Virus record (IMG/VR): IMGVR_UViG_3300019366_000026
Reading direction: 5' to 3' (one strand)
From: an uncultured virus (IMG/VR IMGVR_UViG_3300019366_000026)
Lineage: Duplodnaviria; Heunggongvirae; Uroviricota; Caudoviricetes
DNA: 64,000 nucleotides
The position numbers and the translations under genes were made by a program. Numbering within the stretch: position 1 is the first letter of the stretch; the number at the start of each line of letters is the position of its first letter. Below are positions 46,727 through 54,934 of this stretch, piece by piece. Under the pieces are notes generated by a model that saw only the letters and a list, made by a program, of their open reading frames with translations, was not told the origin of the DNA and did not search any database.

Positions 46727-47679
46727 AATTCAATGATATTATCGGTATTCCACGAGAGCGAAATGTCACCGCTAACAAGACATTTGAATGTGTTGATCTT
46801 GCGTTCGCCAATCTCATTCTCGCATATTTGCTCTGACACAGTGCTTCCGATATTCCAATTTACGATGATAGGACACGGTGTTGGAATAAGGAAATATCGT
46901 ACAAATCCGAGTGTCTTAGGATTCTCGAAGATGGTATAGTTGTTAGAGTATCGTTCAATCAATTCTGTGAACAGTTTGATATATTTCTCGTCCGGCAGGA
47001 CAAGCGCATCTCCGATGTTTTGAGAATTGACGCTGAATGAATCCTTGCGGATTATGTTGCTGAGGCGTATCTCATCAACAAAGGATATGTCGCGTAGATG
47101 TTTCTGCAACGCCTCTATGTTGTCGAGATTGCCTCGCCATACGTTGGTGTTGACTCTGACCTTGATGTTCGGGTTATGAATTTTGATTGTATCATATACC
47201 CAACGCAGCTCATCAAGCGTCATAAAATCCTCGTTATGGAATGAAATATTGATGCCTTCAACGCCATAGTCAGAGTCCACAAGAGCCTTGATGAAATCAT
47301 TATTGCTCTTTAGCTTGATTCCGTTGGTGGTAATCCTAACTTTACCGAGTGCCTTGAAATTACAATACTTCATTGTGCGCAGTTCCTTGATTAAGTCGAG
47401 AATAGCGGGATGAAGTAATGGCTCACCACCGAGAATAATAACCTCAGGCTCATTGTTGATGTAGCCCACAAGTGATTGAATATTACGGATAGCCTTGTCA
47501 ATAGGAAGGTGTTTGCTGTGGTCGGTGGCAGAGTTGATGCAGTAGGGGCAGGAGCACTGACAGGCGTTGGTAGCTACCACACTGATATAGGCATTTTGGT
47601 TTACTAATCCCCATTTGCAGTTTTCGTAAACATTGTTTTGCTTGAAGATTTCAAGTGAGTCTGTTTTGATTGTTTTCAT
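46723..47679 (-). CDS. Radical SAM protein
   Basis: CQCSCPYC (CxxxCxxC), GGEPLL, TTNG. Confidence 0.9.
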   Translation of the reverse strand: MKTIKTDSLEIFKQNNVYENCKWGLVNQNAYISVVATNACQCSCPYCINSATDHSKHLPIDKAIRNIQSLVGYINNEPEVIILGGEPLLHPAILDLIKELRTMKYCNFKALGKVRITTNGIKLKSNNDFIKALVDSDYGVEGINISFHNEDFMTLDELRWVYDTIKIHNPNIKVRVNTNVWRGNLDNIEALQKHLRDISFVDEIRLSNIIRKDSFSVNSQNIGDALVLPDEKYIKLFTELIERYSNNYTIFENPKTLGFVRYFLIPTPCPIIVNWNIGSTVSEQICENEIGERKINTFKCLVSGDISLSWNTDNIIEL

Positions 47680-48623
47680 TTTTTGTTATATTTTTCGATG
47701 ATTGCTTTGATTTCTTCGATGCACTTGTCGCGGTCGGCGGGGGTGCGGAATTTCAAATCATCAAAATGAAGTGTTCCCATATTGCCACATTTCATGTCCC
47801 CACGCTCTTCGTAGGGTTGAAATTCAATCCGAATGTGGAAAATAGTTTGCTCCTGCTGCCACTTCATCCACGCGGTGTAAGGGTCAAGCGGGTACTGCTC
47901 GTAGAGGGCGCGGGAGGGAAAGAGCATACACATGCATTCGGCAAAACCAGCATGGTGCTTACCACGTTTTCCAAGTGTGTGCTCTTTATTGTTAGCTACT
48001 GCTGAGATTATAATTCGGTCATTTTGGACTTCTATTAAATCAACATCACCATAGCAAGGCGAATAGAATGATTGCCCTTCATACCCTTTGAGCAGCTCGC
48101 AGAGGTTAAGTTGTTTTGCTTCAACAGATGTCTCCACTTTTATCACAGCTTCGGTATAGAGTTTGAGATACTTGGCATCTAAAAGAGTCCATTCATCTTC
48201 AATCCCTACTTTGTAACGGCTGTCTTCTTTCGTTGGCAGTTCCATTATTATACCAGTCTCTCCTACCAACATTGGATTTGTTACATTGACTATTTTAACG
48301 ATGTCCCCCAATATGAACTTTGGTTGAGATTCTTCTTCGCAATACCGCTCTTTGAACTCGGAGAGTGTGAGGATGGTAAAATCCCGAACAACAGCATATT
48401 CCCTGAAATATCTGAGTTTGTTGAACCGAACAGTATGTGTTATTTCTATTTCGTAACACATTTCCGCCTTAAATGCGTTCCAACAATTACTCTTTGTCAG
48501 TCGTCTGTTGCCGCTCCACTTATACCCATTCGCGTGTAAAATGGCAAGTAACTCGTTTGCCTCCTCTTCGGTCGGGGTGTGAATTACAGTATTTTCAGGG
48601 ATTGATTTTAACTTAGTTTTCAT
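47676..48623 (-). CDS. Hypothetical mosaic phage protein
   Basis: 315-aa ORF. Confidence 0.65.
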   Translation of the reverse strand: MKTKLKSIPENTVIHTPTEEEANELLAILHANGYKWSGNRRLTKSNCWNAFKAEMCYEIEITHTVRFNKLRYFREYAVVRDFTILTLSEFKERYCEEESQPKFILGDIVKIVNVTNPMLVGETGIIMELPTKEDSRYKVGIEDEWTLLDAKYLKLYTEAVIKVETSVEAKQLNLCELLKGYEGQSFYSPCYGDVDLIEVQNDRIIISAVANNKEHTLGKRGKHHAGFAECMCMLFPSRALYEQYPLDPYTAWMKWQQEQTIFHIRIEFQPYEERGDMKCGNMGTLHFDDLKFRTPADRDKCIEEIKAIIEKYNKK

Positions 48624-48951
48624 AACACTTTTCGATTATGTTTCGAGGAAATAGTATTGGCTGCCAAGCAACAATCGTGACATTGTTGAAGTACACAGCC
48701 ATTTTGTGCCCACCATGGTATTCTTTGTTTCGCCATGGAGCGATCTCAACCACACATGATTCTTCCGTCTTTAGGAGTGTAATATAGTCGCCATCTACTT
48801 GCGGTTGCTCTTTTTCAAAGTCATGCCACATAGAATTTTGGCACTCAACGAATCCCTCGATATAAGCTCTGATTGCTGTTTCGCGGAGCGGTAGTTGATA
48901 CTTCTCGGCATTACTCCATGCCAAGTCCGCGAGTTCTTCACTCGTCTTCAT
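48613..48951 (-). CDS. DUF551-like phage protein
   Basis: WHDFEKEQP and VAWQPI. Confidence 0.55.
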   Translation of the reverse strand: MKTSEELADLAWSNAEKYQLPLRETAIRAYIEGFVECQNSMWHDFEKEQPQVDGDYITLLKTEESCVVEIAPWRNKEYHGGHKMAVYFNNVTIVAWQPILFPRNIIEKCYEN

Positions 48952-49237
48952 ACCAGTAGTCTTTAATTTCGAGATAGTTGTCAGGGCCTAAATCAATCGG
49001 GCTAAATGTAATGATGGTACCGAACCAGTTCACTACTACGTTGTCCTCGACCGTGGCAGGGTCGCACCAATCGTCATCAGAATGGCGTATATCGTAGAGG
49101 TTTTTACCCTCGGTATTCCGCGATCTATCCACACGGAATTCCGTGATGAGGCAAGTGATTTTACGGTCGTCATCGAATACCAAGGTTATAGGGCGCAAGT
49201 CGCCTTCACCTGACAGTAGTTGTTTTACTGTTTTCAT
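48938..49237 (-). CDS. LPD28-like small protein
   Basis: RVDRS..YDIRHSDDD..PATVE..VVVNWFGTII. Confidence 0.7.
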   Translation of the reverse strand: MKTVKQLLSGEGDLRPITLVFDDDRKITCLITEFRVDRSRNTEGKNLYDIRHSDDDWCDPATVEDNVVVNWFGTIITFSPIDLGPDNYLEIKDYWYEDE

Positions 49238-49638
49238 TTGTAAGGTATATTTTCTATGTTGTCTCCGATGAAGCCAAAGTTGATATGCTTGAAGCGATAC
49301 TCTGATAGCATATATCCGAGGCTGGATGTTCCGAGGTCTTGCGACATAATCTCAAGGAGTGCAAAGCCACCGGTGTCAGGATTCCATACGACTTCACAAG
49401 GAAATGTCGCATTGAAAACGATGAGGTCGTGCTCCCACACTTTCAACCCACCGAAAGTCCCGGCAAGTTGGCATACGGTCGCTTCATCGACAGCCTTAGT
49501 GTCGTAGTCGATACCGCTCTCTTTTGCGAACTTGATTTTCGGATGGCTGGCTCCATCGTTACAGATGAGGTCGCCCTCAACCCATTCGCCATTGTCAAGG
49601 CGTTTGCCTCGAAAGATTATTGGCCTGAGTTTGTGCAT
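49234..49638 (-). CDS. YopX-like protein
   Basis: FRGKRLDNGEWVEGDL, TVCQ, VWEHDL. Confidence 0.75.
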   Translation of the reverse strand: MHKLRPIIFRGKRLDNGEWVEGDLICNDGASHPKIKFAKESGIDYDTKAVDEATVCQLAGTFGGLKVWEHDLIVFNATFPCEVVWNPDTGGFALLEIMSQDLGTSSLGYMLSEYRFKHINFGFIGDNIENIPYK

Positions 49639-50021
49639 AGTTCTTCGAGTTGGTGTTTCAAATTTTGTGTTTCAGCGATTACTGCTTCTTTGGGCCAACG
49701 TTCCAACGAATCTTCAAAATGGCATGTATCGAAACCTATTACCCACCAATTATCGGACACGTCTGACGCATCATCGATGTATTCTATATTCTTGAAGTTC
49801 CGCTTCACTGTTCCATAATGGTCGGTGAATGTGACTCCACCGTGAACATCAAGCGTGAAGTCCACAAATGATTTCCCATGGAGAGGGTGTTCTGGCGGTA
49901 CAGCAACATAGCCGTTGGCATAGCCGGATTTCAGACAGTATTGCTCAGGCAGGTTGTTGTTGCGTTCGTTAATATCTGAGTTAAGAAACGCAACGAGCGA
50001 TATATGTCTTTCGTTAGGCAT
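49617..50021 (-). CDS. Conserved phage protein
   Basis: GYVAVPPEHPLHG..VHGGVTF..WVIGFDTCH. Confidence 0.7.
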   Translation of the reverse strand: MPNERHISLVAFLNSDINERNNNLPEQYCLKSGYANGYVAVPPEHPLHGKSFVDFTLDVHGGVTFTDHYGTVKRNFKNIEYIDDASDVSDNWWVIGFDTCHFEDSLERWPKEAVIAETQNLKHQLEELCTNSGQ

Positions 50022-50034
50022 ATCTTTAATGATG

Positions 50035-50409
50035 TTAGAATGTTATTACGGCAAAAATGGGAGAGGCGTAGTTCATTTGATATCCTCGAGCAGCAACTTC
50101 ACACTCCATCTTTTCAAAAGTGGTGATATCTAATGCCATAAGAATCTCTCGGCGCTCGTCGTTGGTAAACTCAAGAGTACAGAAGATGTCGGCAACCTTC
50201 TCAAAGTGAGCATCGCCATTTACCATTACCTTGAAGTTGAAAGGAGTTTCGTAGAAAAAGGCTACAATCTTAACGCCAAGGTTAATTCCGGCTTCGCGAA
50301 GCCTAATTGCGGCCCTTACAAACCTCTTCATCAGGTAATATTTGCGTTCACGTTTGTCCGTATGAACACATGACGGCGCGAGTCCAACTTCCAATAGAGC
50401 AGTTTCCAT
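50035..50409 (-). CDS. Hypothetical phage protein
   Basis: 124-aa ORF. Confidence 0.6.
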   Translation of the reverse strand: METALLEVGLAPSCVHTDKRERKYYLMKRFVRAAIRLREAGINLGVKIVAFFYETPFNFKVMVNGDAHFEKVADIFCTLEFTNDERREILMALDITTFEKMECEVAARGYQMNYASPIFAVITF

Positions 50410-50430
50410 ATTGATATTGTTAGAGGATTA

Positions 50431-50673
50431 TTACCATTGCTTGTCGCCGAGTTCTCGGGCAACAACATACTTGCCATTCTCGTCCGGAGTCATTTCGACA
50501 AGCGACACTGATCCGTGAGCGTTCATGACTCTGCTGTCATATTTCCAGACTTCGTAGTTGTGGCGAGCCATTTCAAAATCGGCGTAGATTTCGTGCCGGT
50601 CCACATCTGACAAACCGGCTCTTACATCGAGCCAGTATACTTTCGGTGGCTCAGGTTCGTGAAAGTCGAACAT
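50431..50673 (-). CDS. Hypothetical phage protein
   Basis: 80-aa ORF. Confidence 0.55.
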   Translation of the reverse strand: MFDFHEPEPPKVYWLDVRAGLSDVDRHEIYADFEMARHNYEVWKYDSRVMNAHGSVSLVEMTPDENGKYVVARELGDKQW

Positions 50674-50719
50674 AATATTTAAGGGGTTTTAATTGTGAAT
50701 ATCTTATTTGCATTTATCT

Positions 50720-51136
50720 TCAGTTGAGTTTGATGAAGTTGGAAAACCGTTCTCCTATGTCGGTTGCAACCCGCGCCCAACCATATAGGGCAACCAGAAG
50801 TATTCGCAACCCGACCTGAGGGATATAACCATCTTCTTCTCCAATGCGAGAATATATTCGGGGATATTCCTGTGCGAACTCAAATGCCGCATGAAGCAGC
50901 CCTCCATACGTAAGTTTTTTAGTAGAACTGTCGGCTTTATCCTTGAAGATTATATCACGGCCATCAAGCAATGCTGAAACAACCTCATCATAGTAAACAT
51001 CGCCGTCAATGGGATTGCATATCGTCAACTCCTCGGCAAGGCCAAAGTTGTATCCGTAGTCGAGAGCGCAGGTCAGCAATGATAATAGCTCTTGACAGTC
51101 TATAGTGGGGATTGTCGTTTTTGTCAGCGTGTTCAT
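50720..51136 (-). CDS. Hypothetical phage protein
   Basis: 138-aa ORF. Confidence 0.6.
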   Translation of the reverse strand: MNTLTKTTIPTIDCQELLSLLTCALDYGYNFGLAEELTICNPIDGDVYYDEVVSALLDGRDIIFKDKADSSTKKLTYGGLLHAAFEFAQEYPRIYSRIGEEDGYIPQVGLRILLVALYGWARVATDIGERFSNFIKLN

Positions 51137-51142
51137 GGCGCA

Positions 51143-51352
51143 TCAAATTAAGGTTCGCAACATATTGCGAATATCCTTCTCGCTCCATTTTGACAAATCG
51201 CCCTCGAATTTTTCTTTTTCCCATCCACATGGGATTTCATAATCAACGCGAATTATATTAGGGGAATCCTGCGACACAAAGGCAATCGCCTCGCCTTTGG
51301 TATTTCGGGCTTCATAGCCGGTGGCTGTCTTGACTAATTTGTATCTTCTCAT
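51143..51352 (-). CDS. Hypothetical phage protein
   Basis: 69 aa, first gene after promoter copy 7. Confidence 0.6.
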   Translation of the reverse strand: MRRYKLVKTATGYEARNTKGEAIAFVSQDSPNIIRVDYEIPCGWEKEKFEGDLSKWSEKDIRNMLRTLI

Positions 51353-51380
51353 ATGTCCTATGGTTTTTGATTATAAAAAC

Positions 51381-51461
51381 ATCTTATTTGCTTATACAAA
51401 AGTAAGCAAAAATAATCATATACGCAAGCATTTGAGCATTTATTTTAATCGTATCTGCAAT
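51381..51461 (-). promoter_or_regulatory. Promoter/operator module copy 7
   Basis: Boxes at 51381, 51415, 51448; TACTTTTG. Confidence 0.8.
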
Positions 51462-51638
51462 TTTCTCGCCTGGCCTAGAGCGTATTCAGCCTAATTTGAT
51501 TACATTTGCGCGTTGGCACTTGGTTCCATAGTTATCTGCCGACCCATTATTCGTGCAGCAACCGGGCTAAATAAGTGAGCAACTGGCCTACCGCTTTAGG
51601 AGTTGGCAGGCTACGCTCAAATGGGTAGCACATACAAC

Positions 51639-51785
51639 ATGGAACAAATCCTCAAGCATTTCATTGATGTTCTAAACTTCATCGCTACCGTTATTACAAT
51701 CTGGAGTTTTTTCACTAATGGAAAGGGTAAACGGAAGAAACGGCGTAAATCTAACAAACGCCCAATGCCCCCAAAAGGTAAATAG
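51639..51785 (+). CDS. Small single-TM peptide with basic tail (type I toxin-like)
   Basis: 48 aa MEQILKHFIDVLNFIATVITIWSFFTNGKGKRKKRRKSNKRPMPPKGK; own TACATTTG promoter element (51501) and terminator. Confidence 0.6.
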   Translation: MEQILKHFIDVLNFIATVITIWSFFTNGKGKRKKRRKSNKRPMPPKGK

Positions 51786-51807
51786 CAATTCCACAGCCTG
51801 CCAACGA

Positions 51808-51833
51808 GGAGAGAGGTAACTCTCTCCTTTTTT
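51808..51833 (+). terminator. Intrinsic terminator
   Basis: GGAGAGAG-GTAA-CTCTCTCC-TTTTTT. Confidence 0.85.
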
Positions 51834-51893
51834 ATTACAACAAAGGGACTGACCTCACGGACAATCCCTGAAATATCAATATCTTATTTGCAT

Positions 51894-52736
51894 TTAAGCG
51901 AGTTGGTAAACGGCTTTTAGTGTGTCGCAGAATGTGTTGAGGATTCCAACATCCCTGATGAGGGATTTACGTTTCTCTGAATTCATCCCTGATCGTCCTG
52001 CCGCAGTAAGGCAATGAGCATTCACCTCAGAAAGGGCTTCATGGAATTCCGGTGCAGGCACGTATAAAGTGAAGTATTCATCTAATGTCGGGTAACATTC
52101 CGGCACAATAGCGGGTGCAACATTTTGTTTGGTTGGAAGAATGTTTGTTACCCATTTTCGGTATGAGTTGGCTTTGGATTTCTTGCTTTCGATTATGACG
52201 GATAACAATCCATCGTAATCTACAAATAATTCTCCTGCGGTGCGTTTCATTCTCTTTACAAGAAAATCTTTCGTAGCGCATACATTCTGCCGAACTATGC
52301 GTTCGCCCTCTTTTATTAGCAATTCAAGGCTTCTGCATATATCTGATAGGCAATACCACAACTGGTCTGTATCGAATGTAACGTGCAGTTCGCCAAAACC
52401 ATCTGACTTGAACAATTCAATACGCGGCTGTGAAGCAAGAGCTTTAGATGTGTGGATGGCCGGTTTTTCCTTTGAGAATAAGGCGGATATAAATGCCGTC
52501 ATTATTTCCTTTTCTTCAGGTTTCGTTAGATAGCTCTTGATTATGTTGCAATCCTCAATCGTCAGTTTATAGTATGGACATTCTTTGCTGAAACCGTGTT
52601 TCATTCCGATTGTCCGCATCGCCTTGGTAAACGAATATCCGGTTTTGGCTTCGATCCGTCGCAAGCTGATTAGGAAATTGCCGTGGTTTTTCCTGCCTAA
52701 TGCTCTTGCGACATCCATTGAAGTTGTCTCTTGCAT
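51894..52736 (-). CDS. Antirepressor-like protein (Rha-like plus BRO-N-like)
   Basis: TSMDVARALGRKNH (Rha-like) and FGEL..WYCLSDICRSL..YRKWV (BRO-like). Confidence 0.7.
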   Translation of the reverse strand: MQETTSMDVARALGRKNHGNFLISLRRIEAKTGYSFTKAMRTIGMKHGFSKECPYYKLTIEDCNIIKSYLTKPEEKEIMTAFISALFSKEKPAIHTSKALASQPRIELFKSDGFGELHVTFDTDQLWYCLSDICRSLELLIKEGERIVRQNVCATKDFLVKRMKRTAGELFVDYDGLLSVIIESKKSKANSYRKWVTNILPTKQNVAPAIVPECYPTLDEYFTLYVPAPEFHEALSEVNAHCLTAAGRSGMNSEKRKSLIRDVGILNTFCDTLKAVYQLA

Positions 52737-52803
52737 ACGGGTGTGGGATTAGAGGTAGCCGGGCGAACCGGCTACCATGATTGTTGTTTTTGATGTGGGG
52801 ATT

Positions 52804-53016
52804 TTAGATTGCTCCGCCGTTAACCTCTTCGCAGAAGGGAACGAATGTGGCGATGTTGATAGACTCGCAGGCTGCCACGGCCGCTTCTTCGTTATGGCCG
52901 TAATCCATCATGCAGTCCATGAGGAAGTCCTCAAAAGAGATGCCCTCGGCTTTGGCTTCGGAGTTGTTGTACTTGTTGATCCAGTTCTGGGCGAGTTCTT
53001 TGCTGTAAGTTGCCAT
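52804..53016 (-). CDS. Small acidic protein (alternative in-frame start at 53151)
   Basis: MATYSKELAQ... 70 aa. Confidence 0.55.
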   Translation of the reverse strand: MATYSKELAQNWINKYNNSEAKAEGISFEDFLMDCMMDYGHNEEAAVAACESINIATFVPFCEEVNGGAI

Positions 53017-53192
53017 GAAGTTTATTTGTTTAGGAAGTAAAAAACCGAGGGAGGGTGTCCTACGAAGCGCTTCATGTCGCTCCGCCGGGGCGTTTCCGCT
53101 TGTCCGCACCGTCCTCGGTCTGAATGTCTTTGATTTGCTGGTTGTTGTCATGAAGTTTTTTGTTTTAGGAGTTGTGCCTCAATGATTTAATC

Positions 53193-53273
53193 ATCATATC
53201 CGCATATACAAAATTACAAAGAAATAATCATCTATGCAAATTTTCAGGGAAAAATTTTAATCATATCGGCAAA
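53193..53273 (-). promoter_or_regulatory. Promoter/operator module copy 8, back-to-back with a rightward promoter
   Basis: Boxes at 53193, 53227, 53260; TAATTTTG (-); TAAATTTG (+) at 53302-53309. Confidence 0.75.
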
Positions 53274-53357
53274 TTTTTCTCTGACTTTCGCAAAAAATGA
53301 TTAAATTTGCGGAGAGTTTCGTAAAATGCAGAGGCATATACCCATACGACACTCAAG

Positions 53358-53518
53358 GAACATTATAGCCTAATCGTCATCGAAACTACCACATTGATAA
53401 AGAAAAAGGCTAATAGATACTATCCTATTGGGAGTAGTGTATCCGGTCGCCATTGGCGTAGGACACTCCTATGGGATAGTAGGCTGTGGTAGGCCTCGAT
53501 GACGTTAGGCAGTTGTTC
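53358..53518 (+). ncRNA. Candidate long hairpin RNA / structured leader
   Basis: Nested complementary arms GCCTAA.CGTCATCGA..CTACCACA / TGTGGTAG...TCGATGACGTTAGGC and TACTATCC..GGAGT / ACTCC..GGATAGTA. Confidence 0.6.
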
Positions 53519-53584
53519 TACGCCATTTTTGCGTGACGTCGGATAGTTGCTGAATAACGTGATTGAAAGCAAATATGAAGACCA

Positions 53585-54085
53585 ATGGTAACTATCAGAC
53601 ATAACATCGACCCAGTCAAATTCAAATTCTTCTGGACCAAGTACGTCCGGGAGGGAGATTTATCACATCATTGCGCCGCTTGCGTGAAAGGCTCTTGGAG
53701 CAAGAAGTTCTGCGCAGCATGGAACAAAGACCCAAAGACTGACGATCCGCTACCATTTTCACCCACGATTACTTTTGATGAACAGCCACAAGGAAGTTTC
53801 CGAGCAATTTATATTTGCGGAGTATTCAAGCAAGGCTTCTCAACCAAGAAAAACTATCCCCACAACGTGCACTGTGCAATCATACCGGCCGAGGGTCGAA
53901 CCGATGTCTATGAATTCGATGGTTGGCGCATTGAGATTGACGGGGGATATGTAGATCGGATTCCCACCGAAGAAGAACTCCCGGAGCGATTCTTTAACAC
54001 CCCTTACGATTATCACTACTATACCTGCCGTATCTTCCGCTGGATGGTGGGGCACTTTTACCCGGAACTATTGAAAACGAAATGA
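53585..54085 (+). CDS. Hypothetical protein with Cys/His motifs
   Basis: 166 aa; HHCAAC, YICG, HNVHC. Confidence 0.7.
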   Translation: MVTIRHNIDPVKFKFFWTKYVREGDLSHHCAACVKGSWSKKFCAAWNKDPKTDDPLPFSPTITFDEQPQGSFRAIYICGVFKQGFSTKKNYPHNVHCAIIPAEGRTDVYEFDGWRIEIDGGYVDRIPTEEELPERFFNTPYDYHYYTCRIFRWMVGHFYPELLKTK

Positions 54086-54086
54086 T

Positions 54087-54650
54087 ATGAAGAAGTTACT
54101 TACCCTCCTGATATGCACCATTATCGGTATCTCTGCCTTTGCTCAAAAGATTGTGTCTGATGACACTCCGGCCGATGGGAATCGCTACATATTTTGCTCA
54201 AAAGAGAATGTTGGAGGATTCTCTGATCGCATGAAACTATTTATTGGCTTGAGTTATATGCAGCCTACGGAAGGCTCCCCGCTGTATTCTCTTTGCATAC
54301 AGCTGAATTGTGGAGAAGTTACAACTATACACAAAGGTGGCCGGATGCTAATAAAAACCACGAATGGCGATGTGATTGAATTATCCACATACATGGGTGG
54401 GTCTGCTGATTTGAAATCAATTTCCGGAGTAAACATATGGGAGGTTTCCGCCCAATACTCAATCACGCCTGATCAGTTGGCATTACTTGAGAAAGGCGTT
54501 ACAAAGATTCGGATAGAATTAGGGGATTCCAAAACTTACGAGAAAGAATGGATGAAAGATAAGATCGGGAAAATACTTGCCAAAGAATCATCCCTTATCC
54601 AAGATGCGATAAGGACAAATTCTAAGGCTTCGTTCTCCGAGGACTTCTGA
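54087..54650 (+). CDS. Secreted/periplasmic protein
   Basis: Sec signal peptide (AFA-Q), 187 aa. Confidence 0.75.
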   Translation: MKKLLTLLICTIIGISAFAQKIVSDDTPADGNRYIFCSKENVGGFSDRMKLFIGLSYMQPTEGSPLYSLCIQLNCGEVTTIHKGGRMLIKTTNGDVIELSTYMGGSADLKSISGVNIWEVSAQYSITPDQLALLEKGVTKIRIELGDSKTYEKEWMKDKIGKILAKESSLIQDAIRTNSKASFSEDF

Positions 54651-54696
54651 TAACAGTATCGAACGGATCGAGGGTCGACGGATAGCCGCCGGCCCT

Positions 54697-54930
54697 TTAT
54701 ATTTCCACATTACTGCGGAAATGGTCGATGATATTGTAGATTGTGCGCTGGGACTTACCGTATTTGTCAGCAAGAACCGACACACAATAGATAGTCTTGT
54801 GACTATGCTTCTTCATCGCGCGGAATTCTTCATAGATTTGCAGAGAATCTATGTCGTTCACGCTGATTTTGTTGTTCTTCAGTACCTGAAGAAGACTCTG
54901 GTTGGCTTTAATAAGTTCGTAGCAGTTCAT
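54697..54930 (-). CDS. Small HTH protein
   Basis: LADKYGKSQRTIYNII helix-turn-helix. Confidence 0.7.
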   Translation of the reverse strand: MNCYELIKANQSLLQVLKNNKISVNDIDSLQIYEEFRAMKKHSHKTIYCVSVLADKYGKSQRTIYNIIDHFRSNVEI

Positions 54931-54934
54931 ATTA

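Noticed and set aside
5408..53273. Repeated intergenic motif as CRISPR array or MITE
   Set aside because: Dispersed, degenerate, no spacers, terminal repeats or target duplications; each overlaps a promoter consensus
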